DNA of 64,000 bases from NCBI GenBank assembly GCA_963770835.1, contig CAVYRH010000003.1:1-64000 (forward strand). Direction: 5' to 3'. The stretch is from an uncultured Pseudomonadota bacterium (GTDB lineage Bacteria > Oederibacteriota > Muellerivitia > Muellerivitales > Muellerivitaceae). Positions 31,438 to 41,513 of this stretch are shown one piece after another; the first letter of the stretch is position 1; every line of letters starts with the position of its first letter. Made by a program: the position numbers and the translations under genes. The notes below the pieces were generated by a model. It saw nothing but the letters and a program-made list of their open reading frames with translations. It was not told the origin of the DNA and searched no databases.

Positions 31438-32361
31438 GTGAAATGGACAACTTGTGTCGCTATTCCAACCTATAACCGGGAAGAAATCCTGGTTAAAACA
31501 TTGGGGTCTGTGCTGGAAATGGATCCTCCGCCCGATGAAATATTAATTGTCGACCAAACGCTGGAACACGAAAAAAACACCGAGCAATTCCTGGAATCGG
31601 CCCAACAAAAAGGGCGTGTGCGGTTGATACGCCAGCAGCCTCCCAGCCTGACCGCCGCCCGCAACCGGGCGGTCATGGAGGCCAAAAGCGACATCCTTAT
31701 TTTTATTGATGACGATGTGGAATTGCCTAAGGATTTTGTCCTTACCCATTTACGGAATTATGGGGATGACCGGGTACAGGCCGTGGCGGGGAAGGTCCGG
31801 CAGGAAAATCAGCCGAGATACCCGGAACCCCCGCGGGGGGGGAAATGGCCGCGGCTCCTGGACTATAAATATTTCTCCGTGTACAGCCAACAAAGGACGG
31901 AAGACGTCGCGACTTTCATGGGTTGCAACCACTCGGCAAGAACGGCAATCCTAAGGCGGTTGGGGGGGTATGATACCAATTATATCGGCTCCGCTTTTAG
32001 GGAGGATACGGACATGGCCATCCGGATTTGGAAATCAGGCGGGTTGATCATTTTCGATCCGGAAGCTTGGCTGACTCATTTGGCGGCGCCGACGGGAGGG
32101 TGCCGCATCAACGCCCCAGTGAAGGCCAATCCGGAATGGTGGGTGCCCTTTAACCGCCTTTATTTCGCTTTCCGGCATCTTTTTCCCACGATGGAATTTT
32201 GGAAGAGCGTTTTTTTCGTGGATTTCCGCCAGACCGTCCTGCGAAAGGCCCATTTGTCCAGGCCGTGGAAGATACCCGGCGCCGCTTTTTCTTATTTTTA
32301 TTCGGCTTCCCGGGCCGTCCGGGCGGCTTTGGAAAAGGGCCGGCAGGAACGCGGGGCCTAG
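31438..32361 (+). CDS. GT2 glycosyltransferase
   Basis: IPTYNR, AARN, FIDDD, FREDTD. Confidence 0.9.
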   Translation: MKWTTCVAIPTYNREEILVKTLGSVLEMDPPPDEILIVDQTLEHEKNTEQFLESAQQKGRVRLIRQQPPSLTAARNRAVMEAKSDILIFIDDDVELPKDFVLTHLRNYGDDRVQAVAGKVRQENQPRYPEPPRGGKWPRLLDYKYFSVYSQQRTEDVATFMGCNHSARTAILRRLGGYDTNYIGSAFREDTDMAIRIWKSGGLIIFDPEAWLTHLAAPTGGCRINAPVKANPEWWVPFNRLYFAFRHLFPTMEFWKSVFFVDFRQTVLRKAHLSRPWKIPGAAFSYFYSASRAVRAALEKGRQERGA

Positions 32362-32421
32362 GGGCCCATCGCCTGGTTTTTCCCAACCCGAAAATGGAAT
32401 TTTCTGTAGAATCGGCGCACC

Positions 32422-33228
32422 ATGAAAAACAGTTTTGAGCTGGCCAAAACCCTCTCCGGGCGTTTTTCCATCCTCCTTGAGGCCGACCAAAGGGAGATTG
32501 ATAATCCGGATCCCCATCAACCCGCCTGCCGCAATTACATGGACCGCATCGAAAAGGTGGTGGACCTCGTCCAGGGGAGATTGCGCGAGGGCGGGACCGT
32601 GGCTGAAATCGGGTGCGCCCAAGGCAACATGAGCCTGTTATTGGCCGAAAGGGGTTACAAAGTCCGGGCCATCGACCTCAATCCCGAATTCCTCAATTAT
32701 TCAAGGTTGAAATATGAAAAAGGGGAAATGGAGTGGGTCCACTCCAATCTCCAGGACCTGGAGGCGGACGTCCGGTTTGATGCCATTATCCTGGCCGAGA
32801 TCATCGAGCATTGCGCCTGGCCGGAGAAGGTAATCCAAGGCGCCCTGGACCGCCTCCATCCGGGCGGGTTCCTCGTCGTCACCACCCCCAACGCCGAAAA
32901 GGTGGGGGAACACCTGCCGACTTTTTCGCGCTTCAACGGCGAGGAAAAACGGCGGGAACTGGAAAAGATGCAGTTCGGCCCGACGGGGGAGGACCACCTC
33001 TTCCTCTTTACCATGAAAGAAATGACGGGCCTGGTCCCGCAGGGCGCGGGTTTGGTGGAACAAGGTTACCTGGGCGGAAGCCTGGCCTTCAACAGCATCA
33101 CCCACCGGTTCTTCCGCTTCCTGCCCGTAAAAACCTACAAAGGCCTCATCCGGTCGCTGGCGGTGATACCGGTCTTCAACCGGTTCAGCTTCCATAACAT
33201 TTACATGGTCCTCCAAAAGCCGTCCTAG
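32422..33228 (+). CDS. Class I SAM-dependent methyltransferase
   Basis: EIGCAQG, FDAIILAEIIEH, LHPGGFLVVTTPN. Confidence 0.88.
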   Translation: MKNSFELAKTLSGRFSILLEADQREIDNPDPHQPACRNYMDRIEKVVDLVQGRLREGGTVAEIGCAQGNMSLLLAERGYKVRAIDLNPEFLNYSRLKYEKGEMEWVHSNLQDLEADVRFDAIILAEIIEHCAWPEKVIQGALDRLHPGGFLVVTTPNAEKVGEHLPTFSRFNGEEKRRELEKMQFGPTGEDHLFLFTMKEMTGLVPQGAGLVEQGYLGGSLAFNSITHRFFRFLPVKTYKGLIRSLAVIPVFNRFSFHNIYMVLQKPS

Positions 33229-33257
33229 GGCGGGCGTACAAAAGGAAAGGGAAAATC

Positions 33258-34799
33258 GTGGGAATTTTTGAAGGCCGCAAACAAAGCAGGATCTGGTTCG
33301 CTGGATTTCTCCTTTTTTACGCCGTCTTTGCCCTCGCCACTTTCCGCCAGTACGGAGACACCTGCGACGAGGTCGACTGTTATTCCGGCGGAGGGGTCAT
33401 GCTGAGATATTATGCGGGCCACAGCACGGAAGTCCTCAATCCCGAATGGGCCTCCCATAACTACATTTATCCGGCTTTTTTGCGCGTCCTCTCCCTCAAC
33501 AAAGGGATTATTTTAGAACGGCTTCACCTGCTCAACTTGCTGTTCGCGGCCCTGGTTTTTTGGGCCTTTTACGAGCTTTTGTTTTTATATTTAGGGGACG
33601 GCCGGTGGGCCCTGATGGGGCCGATAGCCCTTTTCCTCATGCCGCGGTTCCTGGGTGATATCCCCGCCAACCCCAAGGACGCCACCTTCGCGGTGATCTA
33701 TTTTTGTGGGTTGGCGGCCATGATCCTGGCCAAGGAATGGTTCCACAGGCCATGGGCCCGGATTCTCTTCCTGGGTTTGATTTTCGGTTTCGCCTTTTGC
33801 CACCGGGTCGTCGGCCTGACCTTGTTCCCCCTTTACGCCTTCTTCCGGATCTATGAGGAAGCGGCCATTGAGCGGAATATTCCCCGCATCGGCTGGAAGA
33901 GATGGTTGTTCGGTGAGATCGGTAATGGAGCGTTGATTTTCCTGGCTTCCCAGCTTTTAGCCTGCGCCTTTTGGCCCTACCTGGCCACGGATTATTTTGC
34001 CCATTTCCGGGAGGCCTTGGCGCAGGGCCAAAAGTTCGAATGGGACAGCCCCATCCTTTTTGGGGGCGGGTTTGTCCAGCCTTCCCACCTCCCCTGGACC
34101 TACCTGCCCGGGTGGATCGCCGTCACCACCCCTCTTTTCCTTTTGGCGTTCTTCCTGTGGCGGTTGTTGCGTTGGAAGGGGTTTTTGAAGGATAGGATAC
34201 TGGTCCTGATGACGGCGGCTTTTGTCTTCAACTTTTCCCTGTATCTTTTCCTGCGCCCCGTTATTTACAACGCCTACCGCCATTTCATGTACTTGGCCCC
34301 GATCCTTGTCTTCATTGCTTGTTTGGGGGCCGTGGATTTTTACCGGAGCGTCAGGAACGGACCCGCCCGTTGGGTGGTGGCCGGCTTGTTGGCGGTGAAC
34401 ATCCTGGTGGTGGCTTCCCATTTGGTGCGCCTTTGTCCCTATTTCTATGTTTATTTCAACGAGGTGGTCGGCGGCGTACCGGGGGCCAACGGGAAATTTG
34501 AAATGGATTATTGGGGGCAGAGCCTGCGGGAAGCCAGCCTTTGGATGAAAGACAATATTCCAAAGGTTCCGGGGAAAACCTACCAGGTCAAACTGGACGG
34601 AAGCCCGTGGCAGGAGACGAATTATTTCCCGGCGTATATGACCGGCGCCGTCAAACTCAAACCCGGGAACGCCGACTATTACGTGGTCTTGAACGGCCTG
34701 AAGGGGGCCGACCTGCCCGAGGGAGGACGGGTAATCCATATCGTGGAAAGGGAAGGCGTCCCCCTAACCTATGTCCTTCAAATGAAAGGGAAACGGTAA
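33258..34799 (+). CDS. GT-C (family 39-like) membrane glycosyltransferase
   Basis: YGDTCDE, PRFLG, NPKD, LPWTYLP, YVYFNE, DYWGQS. Confidence 0.72.
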   Translation: MGIFEGRKQSRIWFAGFLLFYAVFALATFRQYGDTCDEVDCYSGGGVMLRYYAGHSTEVLNPEWASHNYIYPAFLRVLSLNKGIILERLHLLNLLFAALVFWAFYELLFLYLGDGRWALMGPIALFLMPRFLGDIPANPKDATFAVIYFCGLAAMILAKEWFHRPWARILFLGLIFGFAFCHRVVGLTLFPLYAFFRIYEEAAIERNIPRIGWKRWLFGEIGNGALIFLASQLLACAFWPYLATDYFAHFREALAQGQKFEWDSPILFGGGFVQPSHLPWTYLPGWIAVTTPLFLLAFFLWRLLRWKGFLKDRILVLMTAAFVFNFSLYLFLRPVIYNAYRHFMYLAPILVFIACLGAVDFYRSVRNGPARWVVAGLLAVNILVVASHLVRLCPYFYVYFNEVVGGVPGANGKFEMDYWGQSLREASLWMKDNIPKVPGKTYQVKLDGSPWQETNYFPAYMTGAVKLKPGNADYYVVLNGLKGADLPEGGRVIHIVEREGVPLTYVLQMKGKR

Positions 34800-34807
34800 G
34801 AAACGGT

Positions 34808-35953
34808 TTAGGAGTGGCTCCCGTGGCCTGCCGATAGGTTCCTATAGATCCCGTAGATCTGGCCGGCGATCTTTTGATTGGTGTAAAGGCCCAAGACGCG
34901 CTTCCGGCCTTTGCGGCCTAGGGATTTCCGCAGCGTTGAGGAACCCGCCAGCTTTTTAAGCAATCCCGCCAATTTCAACACGTTGCCCTCGGGAAAGATC
35001 AGGCCCGCCTTATCAATCACTTCCGGGATGGCGCCCGAATCGGAGCCGATGACCGGCACCTCGCAGGCCTGGGCCTCGATGATGACCCTTCCAAACTGCT
35101 CCTTCCAGCGCTCCGTGGTGAGGGAAGGCAGGACCAGGACATCCATGCAGTTCAAGTAATCGGGAAGCTGGGGTTGGTTCATGGCCTTTACGAATCGGGT
35201 TTTATCCGCGATCCCCAGAGCCTTGGCTTTTTCCTCCAACTCCTCCCGCAGGGGGCCGTTGCCGATAATGAGCAGGTTCGAGGCGGGGCGGGCCAGTTTC
35301 GAGAAGGCCTCCAACAGGTGGCCGATGCCTTTTTCCGGGACCAGCCGGCCGACGTAGCCCACCGTGAAAGACCCCAAACCCAATTGTTTCTTGAGTTTCC
35401 GGGAATCCTTTTTTTGGAACAGCTTGGGGTTGACGCCGTATTGGGGGATCACCGAGGTGCGGGCCGGGGGATAACCGGCTTTCTTCAGCAATTGGGCGGC
35501 TTCCTGGTCGCCGGCGATGGCGTGGTCCGCGCGGCCAAGGACGTAGCCGCGGATATGCTGGTGGGGGAACTCGAAACGCTCCAGCAGGTTTTCCCAGGTG
35601 AAAAACACCAGCTTGGCCCGTAGTTTTTGGGCGGCGCGGGCGGCCTGCCAGGCCACAAGGCTGAAGGGTTCCTCCTCGACGTGGATGATGTCGGGCTTGG
35701 CATCCAGGACATGCGTGAAAAAGAAAGGGTAAAAATGGCGCTTGATGCGGCCCTCGAAGACGAGGGGGGCAGTGATGACGCGGAACCCCTCCGTTTCCGG
35801 CGGCTGGGGCTGGGGGAAAACCCTCTGCCCGGCCTCGGGCCAGGCCTTGGGCAGCAGGAGGGTCAATTCCACATCCCTCCTTTGGCAAAGAAGGCGCAGT
35901 TTTTCGCGGTAGGTGGGGATGACGGAGCTGTGGGAGATAAAAAATATCTTCAT
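34808..35953 (-). CDS. GT4 glycosyltransferase
   Basis: YVGRLVPEKG, EQFGRVIIEAQACEVPVIGS. Confidence 0.92.
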   Translation of the reverse strand: MKIFFISHSSVIPTYREKLRLLCQRRDVELTLLLPKAWPEAGQRVFPQPQPPETEGFRVITAPLVFEGRIKRHFYPFFFTHVLDAKPDIIHVEEEPFSLVAWQAARAAQKLRAKLVFFTWENLLERFEFPHQHIRGYVLGRADHAIAGDQEAAQLLKKAGYPPARTSVIPQYGVNPKLFQKKDSRKLKKQLGLGSFTVGYVGRLVPEKGIGHLLEAFSKLARPASNLLIIGNGPLREELEEKAKALGIADKTRFVKAMNQPQLPDYLNCMDVLVLPSLTTERWKEQFGRVIIEAQACEVPVIGSDSGAIPEVIDKAGLIFPEGNVLKLAGLLKKLAGSSTLRKSLGRKGRKRVLGLYTNQKIAGQIYGIYRNLSAGHGSHS

Positions 35954-36076
35954 GGGATGGTGATTGGATTATATTGAATGAACTTTTCAAATCCATTGAA
36001 ATTCGGGTGGCGTATCGGTTTGCCATTCCGAGCTTTGAACTGCGAAAAGGCAGGTAATACAGCGCAGGAACAACCA

Positions 36077-36155
36077 CCCTCATCCCAACCTTCTCCCCTT
36101 AAGGGAGAAGGAGCCAGTCTCCCTCGCCCCTTGGGGGAGAGGGTGGGGTGAGGGG
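36077..36155. repeat. Intergenic palindromic repeat of the CCCTCACCCC...GGGAGAGGG type
   Basis: Two inverted hairpin units: CCCTCATCCCAACCTTCTCCC..GGGAGAAGG and CCCTCGCCCC..GGGGAGAGGGTGGGGTGAGGGG. Confidence 0.7.
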
Positions 36156-36365
36156 TGCCTTGGAGGTTGTTCCTTAGTAAGGAAAAAAGTCGATAGGCTT
36201 GGTTTGCGACAAGCTTGTGGCGCGTTGGCCCAAAACGACGAAAAACCTGAGGTTGCCACGTCGGCAATCGCCCCGATTGGGGCGCCTCCTCGCAATGACA
36301 CCAATCATTACGACATGGTTCAAGGTTCTCGCAATGACAACTTAAATAAAAGGCAGGGAAGTGCC

Positions 36366-37376
36366 GTGAAAGTTCTCATTGTGAAAATCGCCGCGGTCGG
36401 GGACGTGGTCATGGCCCTTGCCATGCTGGAACCCTTCCTCCAAAAGGACCCGGACGCCCAAATTACCTGGGTTTGTGGCAAGACGGTTGAACCCCTCCTG
36501 CGGCAGGTTGGAAAAATACATGAACTCATCGTGGTGGATGAAGCCAAGCTGTTGAAGGGCGGGTTCATCCCAAAAGCCCTGGCCTTGGCCGGCGTTTGGG
36601 CCAAGCTTTTGGGGAGGCGGTTTGATTTGGCGGTGACGGGCCACTCGGACCCGCGCTACCGGCTTTTAAGCCTTCCGGCCTCCGCGGCAATCCGCCGGGG
36701 TTTCGGCAAACAAGCGGACGGAAGAACAGGGCCGGTGAGCGGACGGTATCACGCGGATGAATATGCCCGCCTGGCGACGGGGGCGGACGGCCCAACGGCG
36801 GTAAAAGCTTCCATCCCCATCCTTCGGCTGCCTTTACCGGCGGAGTTGGAACAGATTCTCCAGCCGGGAAAGAAAATCGTCGCCCTCGCCCCGGGCGGCG
36901 CCAGGAACATCCTGAGGGATGACGCCCTCAGGCGATGGCCGCTGGAAAATTACGCCCAATTGGCGGAAAAGTTCCTGCGGGACGGGTTTCAAGTGCTGGT
37001 GACGGGCTCTTTATCGGACTTTTGGATCAGGGAATCCTTCAAAAATATGGCCGTCACCGATTTAGTGGGCCAAACACCCCTTCCGGACTTGATCGCCCTT
37101 TATGGGAAATGCCATCTGGTGGTCACGCACGACAGCGGGCCGCTTCACCTGGCTGTCGCATCGGGCGTTCCGGTTTTAGCCCTCTTCGGCCCCACCGTTC
37201 CGATGGAGAAGGTTCCCGTCAGTGAAAAAGTCAGCGTGATTTGGGGCGGAGAACATTTGGCCTGCCGGCCCTGTTACGATGGAAAAAATTACGCCGATTG
37301 CAACGACAACCAGTGCCTGAAAAGCGTCGGGGTGGAACGGGTTTATGCCGAGGCCAGCCGGATGCTCCGCGGATAG
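36366..37376 (+). CDS. GT9 heptosyltransferase family (GTG 36366 preferred)
   Basis: KIAAVGDV, RRWP, VTHDSGPLHLA, LACRPC. Confidence 0.9.
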   Translation: MKVLIVKIAAVGDVVMALAMLEPFLQKDPDAQITWVCGKTVEPLLRQVGKIHELIVVDEAKLLKGGFIPKALALAGVWAKLLGRRFDLAVTGHSDPRYRLLSLPASAAIRRGFGKQADGRTGPVSGRYHADEYARLATGADGPTAVKASIPILRLPLPAELEQILQPGKKIVALAPGGARNILRDDALRRWPLENYAQLAEKFLRDGFQVLVTGSLSDFWIRESFKNMAVTDLVGQTPLPDLIALYGKCHLVVTHDSGPLHLAVASGVPVLALFGPTVPMEKVPVSEKVSVIWGGEHLACRPCYDGKNYADCNDNQCLKSVGVERVYAEASRMLRG

Positions 37377-37391
37377 GACCCGCATTGGACA
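37364..37391 (+). repeat. Degenerate 28-bp site at the left border of the array, overlapping the GT9 stop
   Basis: GCTCCGCGGAT-AGGACC-CGCATTGGACA. Confidence 0.55.
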
Positions 37392-37521
37392 GTCAAAAGT
37401 AAGTTGGAGTGGCATTTTGGAAAATCAAATTGACATAAAAGAGACCATGAAAGTCCTTTTGAACGCCTGGTGTGACCGTCGTTGCTTCCGTGCACTTCGG
37501 TTCATTTTACAAGGATGGCCG

Positions 37522-37668
37522 ATGCCCATGGGTTTGACTGACGATGTGAACAACTTATTAACCGCCCTGAAACACGTCCGGTCAATGGCAAGGGATGAGT
37601 TGACTGAAAAGGAGCTATATCAAGTTGACGCCATAGTGATTCAAGTTGAGAAAGCCTTAAACCGGTGA
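37522..37668 (+). CDS. Small hypothetical protein (48 aa)
   Basis: AAGGA RBS; ends 17 bp before a 28-bp site. Confidence 0.5.
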   Translation: MPMGLTDDVNNLLTALKHVRSMARDELTEKELYQVDAIVIQVEKALNR

Positions 37669-37685
37669 ATTGAACAATTTGAAGT

Positions 37686-37713
37686 TGTCCACGATAGGGA
37701 CCCGGATTGGACA
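37686..37713 (+). repeat. 28-bp 11-6-11 site
   Basis: TGTCCACGATA-GGGACC-CGGATTGGACA. Confidence 0.85.
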
Positions 37714-37762
37714 AGGAATCATGGTAAAGATAGAACCGTTTTAATAAGAAGAAGGAAAATCG

Positions 37763-38260
37763 ATGATTCGCTTGAGGGAACTGGTTGAGGGGGATGCGGA
37801 TATTCTTTTTCCCTTAATTTTTAAAACGCCTGTTACCGCTACCATATTGTGGGACGGACCCGATTCCATTGATTCTTACAGGAAAGCTATGGATTTGCGG
37901 CAAGCGCAGACACGGAACGGGGAAGCCCATTTTTTCGTCATCACTGAAGTAAGCACAAATAAACCTATCGGAACTATAACGATTCGCCCGGAAGAGAATA
38001 AGCTCCGGGGCGATATAGGACTTTGGATTGGGTTGCCCTTTCAGAGAAAGGGTTATGGTACCCAAGCCGTGAAAGATATTGTGAAATACGGTTTCGAAAA
38101 ATTAAGGCTTCAGAAAATTGAGGCGACAGTCTTTTTGGGTAATTTGGGCAGCCGAAGAATTTTCGAAAAAAACGGGTTCGTTTTAGAAGGAACAATCCGA
38201 AAGGCCTCATTAAAGCGTGGGAAGCTTATTGATGAATGGCTTTTAGGGATTGTTGAGTAA
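37763..38260 (+). CDS. GNAT N-acetyltransferase (RimJ/RimL family)
   Basis: IGLWIG, QRKGYGT, NLGSRRIFEKNGFVLEG. Confidence 0.9.
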   Translation: MIRLRELVEGDADILFPLIFKTPVTATILWDGPDSIDSYRKAMDLRQAQTRNGEAHFFVITEVSTNKPIGTITIRPEENKLRGDIGLWIGLPFQRKGYGTQAVKDIVKYGFEKLRLQKIEATVFLGNLGSRRIFEKNGFVLEGTIRKASLKRGKLIDEWLLGIVE

Positions 38261-38283
38261 ATATCTTTTCAATAGTCTAAGTT

Positions 38284-38311
38284 TGCCTACGACGGGGACC
38301 CAGAGTGGACA
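38284..38311 (+). repeat. 28-bp 11-6-11 site (intron target)
   Basis: TGCCTACGACG-GGGACC-CAGAGTGGACA. Confidence 0.85.
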
Positions 38312-39111
38312 TCGTGCCAGAGGAGGGTTTGCAGAGCCAGCAGGTGAGGGAGTAGGCCGATGAGGGTCAACCCAAGTCCTGACCAGGTAATCACCAGAGA
38401 GCCTGGAAGTCAGCCCCCGGCGTAGGATCGAGAGGTCCTGCCCGAAACGGGGTCATAAACCTCATTTAGTGAGGGAACAATCCAGCAGTCCGCAACATCA
38501 AGTGAATCCTGCCGCTTCGTGAATGGGACACCGAAAGGTGCAAGGGGATGCCGAGCCGCGTGTCTACTGGCGAAGGCCACGATCCCGCTGAAGAATCTGG
38601 TAGCAAGCGGGGCAAGTCCTCCGGAGTATGGGGAACGGAATGTTGGAAAGGCTATGCAAGCAAGCTGGGAGATCCTACCCGCCAAAAGACTTGCCGCTAT
38701 AAGGCTAAAACCGAAAAGAGGCAAGGGTGGGAGGAAGTCGGAGGGGGTCACAGTACCGATGAAGGGGTGGACAACAAAACCACCCTGAGGGAAGGACCCC
38801 TGCTTCAACCATGTGTCTCAAAGAAGGTAGGCGCTGGAGCATGCCCCAAAAGGGCCAACAACTCTGTAGTACCAAAGCGCGAGGCCTTTGACAACAGGCA
38901 CTATGCCGAGCGGCCAAGGGGGAAGTCGAACCTGTAAAGCCGCCGGAGGAGAGGTTGTCGGAAAGCCGTATGATCGAAAAGGTCACGTACGGTTTGACGA
39001 GGGGGCGCTGGAAACGAAGTGATGAGGGAACCTCGTTGGGGCACGGAACCGGAAACGGGGAAACAGATCAAGGAACCCTCTGCACACCATCGCGCCAGTG
39101 CTCTACTCTGC
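38312..39111 (+). mobile_element. ORF-less group II intron family B, copy 2
   Basis: 800 bp; no difference from 3679-4478 seen by eye. Confidence 0.88.
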
Positions 39112-39130
39112 AGCCTAGAAAGAGGAAACT

Positions 39131-39385
39131 ATGAAGAAATCTGTAACGCAGCCCTGGAACAAAAAGAAGGCCATCCAGGTCGGTGGTCCGCACACGGGCA
39201 TCGAATTCTTAAAAATCCCCAAGCCCGCGCAAAGGGCCCTTCTCAACAATGGCATCCGCACCATTGCCGATCTTTCAAAAAGAACAGTGGAAGAGGTGAA
39301 AAAGTTCCATGGAATCGGGCCTTCGACCTTTCTGGTTTTGAAACAAGCGCTTCGCCAGAACGGGATAACTTTTAAAGAGTCTTAA
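39131..39385 (+). CDS. Small helix-hairpin-helix DNA-binding protein (RNAP alpha-CTD-like)
   Basis: PAQRALLNNGIRTIADLS, FHGIGP. Confidence 0.78.
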   Translation: MKKSVTQPWNKKKAIQVGGPHTGIEFLKIPKPAQRALLNNGIRTIADLSKRTVEEVKKFHGIGPSTFLVLKQALRQNGITFKES

Positions 39386-39415
39386 TAACCTACCGTTTTA
39401 AACTGTCATGGAAGT

Positions 39416-39443
39416 TGTCCACGACGGGGACCCGTCGTGGACA
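39416..39443 (+). repeat. 28-bp 11-6-11 site, consensus copy (intron target)
   Basis: TGTCCACGACG-GGGACC-CGTCGTGGACA. Confidence 0.92.
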
Positions 39444-39990
39444 TCGTGCCAGCGAAGGTTTGTAGAGCCAGCAGGTGAGGGAGTAGGCCGAAGAGGGCCA
39501 GCCCAAATCCTGACCAGGTAATCGCCAGAGAGCCTGGAAGTCAGCCCCCGGCGTAGGATCGAGAGGTTCTGCCCGAAACGGGGTCATAAACCTCATGCAG
39601 TGAGGGAACCATCCAGCAGTCCGCAACATCAAGTGAATCCTGCCGCGTCGTGAATGGGACACCGAAAGGTGCAAGAGGATGCCGAGCCGCGTGTCTACCG
39701 GCGAAGGCCATGATCCCGCTGAAGAATCTGGAGCAAGCGGGGCAAGTCCTCCGGCGTACGGGGAACGGAATGTTGGAAAGGCTTTGCAGGCAACCTGGGA
39801 GATCCTACCCGCCAAAAGACTTGCCGCTATAAGGCTAAAACCGAAAAGGGGCAAGGGCGGGAGGAAGTCGGAGGGGGTCACAGTACCGTTGAAGGGTGGA
39901 CAACAAAACCACCTGGAGGGAAGGACCCCTGCTTCAACCAAGCAACCGGAAAAGGGAGGCGCTGGAGCATGCTCCAAAGGGCCAACAACT

Positions 39991-41513
39991 GATATGAATG
40001 AGCCAGTCAAGCCCGCTGGTTTTTCCTTTGGTTTTATCCTACTCTTTTCCACCTCAAGGCCCTGCGAAAAGCCCTGATCTCGAAAGCCCGGCTTGTTTCG
40101 ACGATGAATCAAACTGATATTCGCGTGTTAGACCCATTGCTGGTTCCAGGGACGCAAGATTTTCATTCGTCGGGAGCTGCCTCGATCTCTGATCGTGGGT
40201 CGTCGCAGGCTTAGGCCTTTGCGCCACAGAGTTGTACCGAGGGTTCTCCAAATCGTTGCCAAGCTTCCGGAAACAGGGTTCTTCCTTCATGACCTTGTTA
40301 AACCATTCCTGTTGTTTCCTGGGCGATGGCCCACACAAATCCAGCCAACTCCCGGGCTACGGCCACCACTACTTTTTGGATGGGCTTGTTACGTTGGGTC
40401 ATTTTTAGAAACTTTTTGTACAGACGATCCTGTGCTCTGCGGGCGATCTTTAAAATCTCCACCGGACAACCCTCCCGCCTTTTTTCTAAAACCACGCCGA
40501 CCGACTTCCCATGGCGGTAACTCCAAGCCGATTCCACAAGAATCCGTCTCAAATGGGCGTTCCCGGTCTTGGTGATTCCTCCCCGACGGATTTTTCCACC
40601 TGAACTGCTTTCACATATCCCCAAACCCGCGTAACCCATGAAATTACGAGCGCTCTCAAATCGCCTCAAATCTTGGCCTTCCACCGCCAAGGTCATGGCG
40701 CTCAAGGTATCAACCCCTTTCAGGCACCTCAAATGCTTGACCAGTTTCCTGTAGGGTTCTTGGCTGGCCATCTCCTCCACTCGGCTCGTCAAACTCCTCA
40801 ACCGCTCATCTGCCTCTTGCTTCCCGCGGACATATGCCTCGAAAGTCTCATGCAGTTCCAGAGGTTCGAACTTTTGGGTTTTCAGCCATGCCTCATGGGC
40901 TGATCTCCAATTCTTAGCTTCTCGAAAGATACGACCTTGCCGAAGAAAGAAATTCGACAACCGGTGCCGGGCCTTTTGCCGGTCTTCTAGGGCATCCTCA
41001 CGAACTCGAACCAGATCCCGACAGGCTTCCTCTTGGATGGTCGGAACCCGCACTTCCGTCAGCTCTCCCGCCCTCCAAAGACGGGCCAACTTTTCCGCAT
41101 CTCGGCGGTCTGTCTTCACCCGATCCCCGGCTTTCACTGGAATTTTCCCAGGGGCGATTACGACGCACTTCAACCCCTTTTGGGTTAATTGCCGGTGGAT
41201 GTCATATCCACAAGGGCCCGCCTCGTACACAAACGTTATTGACCCTCGTCCTTCGTACTTACCCAGCATTTTCCCCAATGCTTTTGGGGTGTTCTCGATT
41301 GTAAAAATATCCTTCACATTTTCGGCCCTAGCCGGCAGGACCGCACCTACCACCGTATCCTTATGGACATCCAACCCGACCACCGTGATATTATTTTCCA
41401 TGAGCCAGCCCTCCGTATGCGGATAGGCTCCCTCAAGGAGCAACCCGCGAATTAGGGCCCTTCAACAAGGCCCGTTTTATTTTACGCAGGCCGCTGGCTC
41501 ATTCATGTTATCT
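39991..41513 (-). mobile_element. IS110-family (IS1111-like) element 1
   Basis: 13-bp subterminal inverted repeats ATGAATGAGCCAG/CTGGCTCATTCAT; CT core at both junctions; about 300-bp non-coding region 3' of the transposase. Confidence 0.9.
40298..41443 (-). CDS. IS110-family DEDD transposase/recombinase
   Basis: VGLDVHK, YEAGPCG, KTDRRDA, SSGG, ITKTGNAHLR, VVAVAREL. Confidence 0.95.
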   Translation of the reverse strand: MLLEGAYPHTEGWLMENNITVVGLDVHKDTVVGAVLPARAENVKDIFTIENTPKALGKMLGKYEGRGSITFVYEAGPCGYDIHRQLTQKGLKCVVIAPGKIPVKAGDRVKTDRRDAEKLARLWRAGELTEVRVPTIQEEACRDLVRVREDALEDRQKARHRLSNFFLRQGRIFREAKNWRSAHEAWLKTQKFEPLELHETFEAYVRGKQEADERLRSLTSRVEEMASQEPYRKLVKHLRCLKGVDTLSAMTLAVEGQDLRRFESARNFMGYAGLGICESSSGGKIRRGGITKTGNAHLRRILVESAWSYRHGKSVGVVLEKRREGCPVEILKIARRAQDRLYKKFLKMTQRNKPIQKVVVAVARELAGFVWAIAQETTGMV

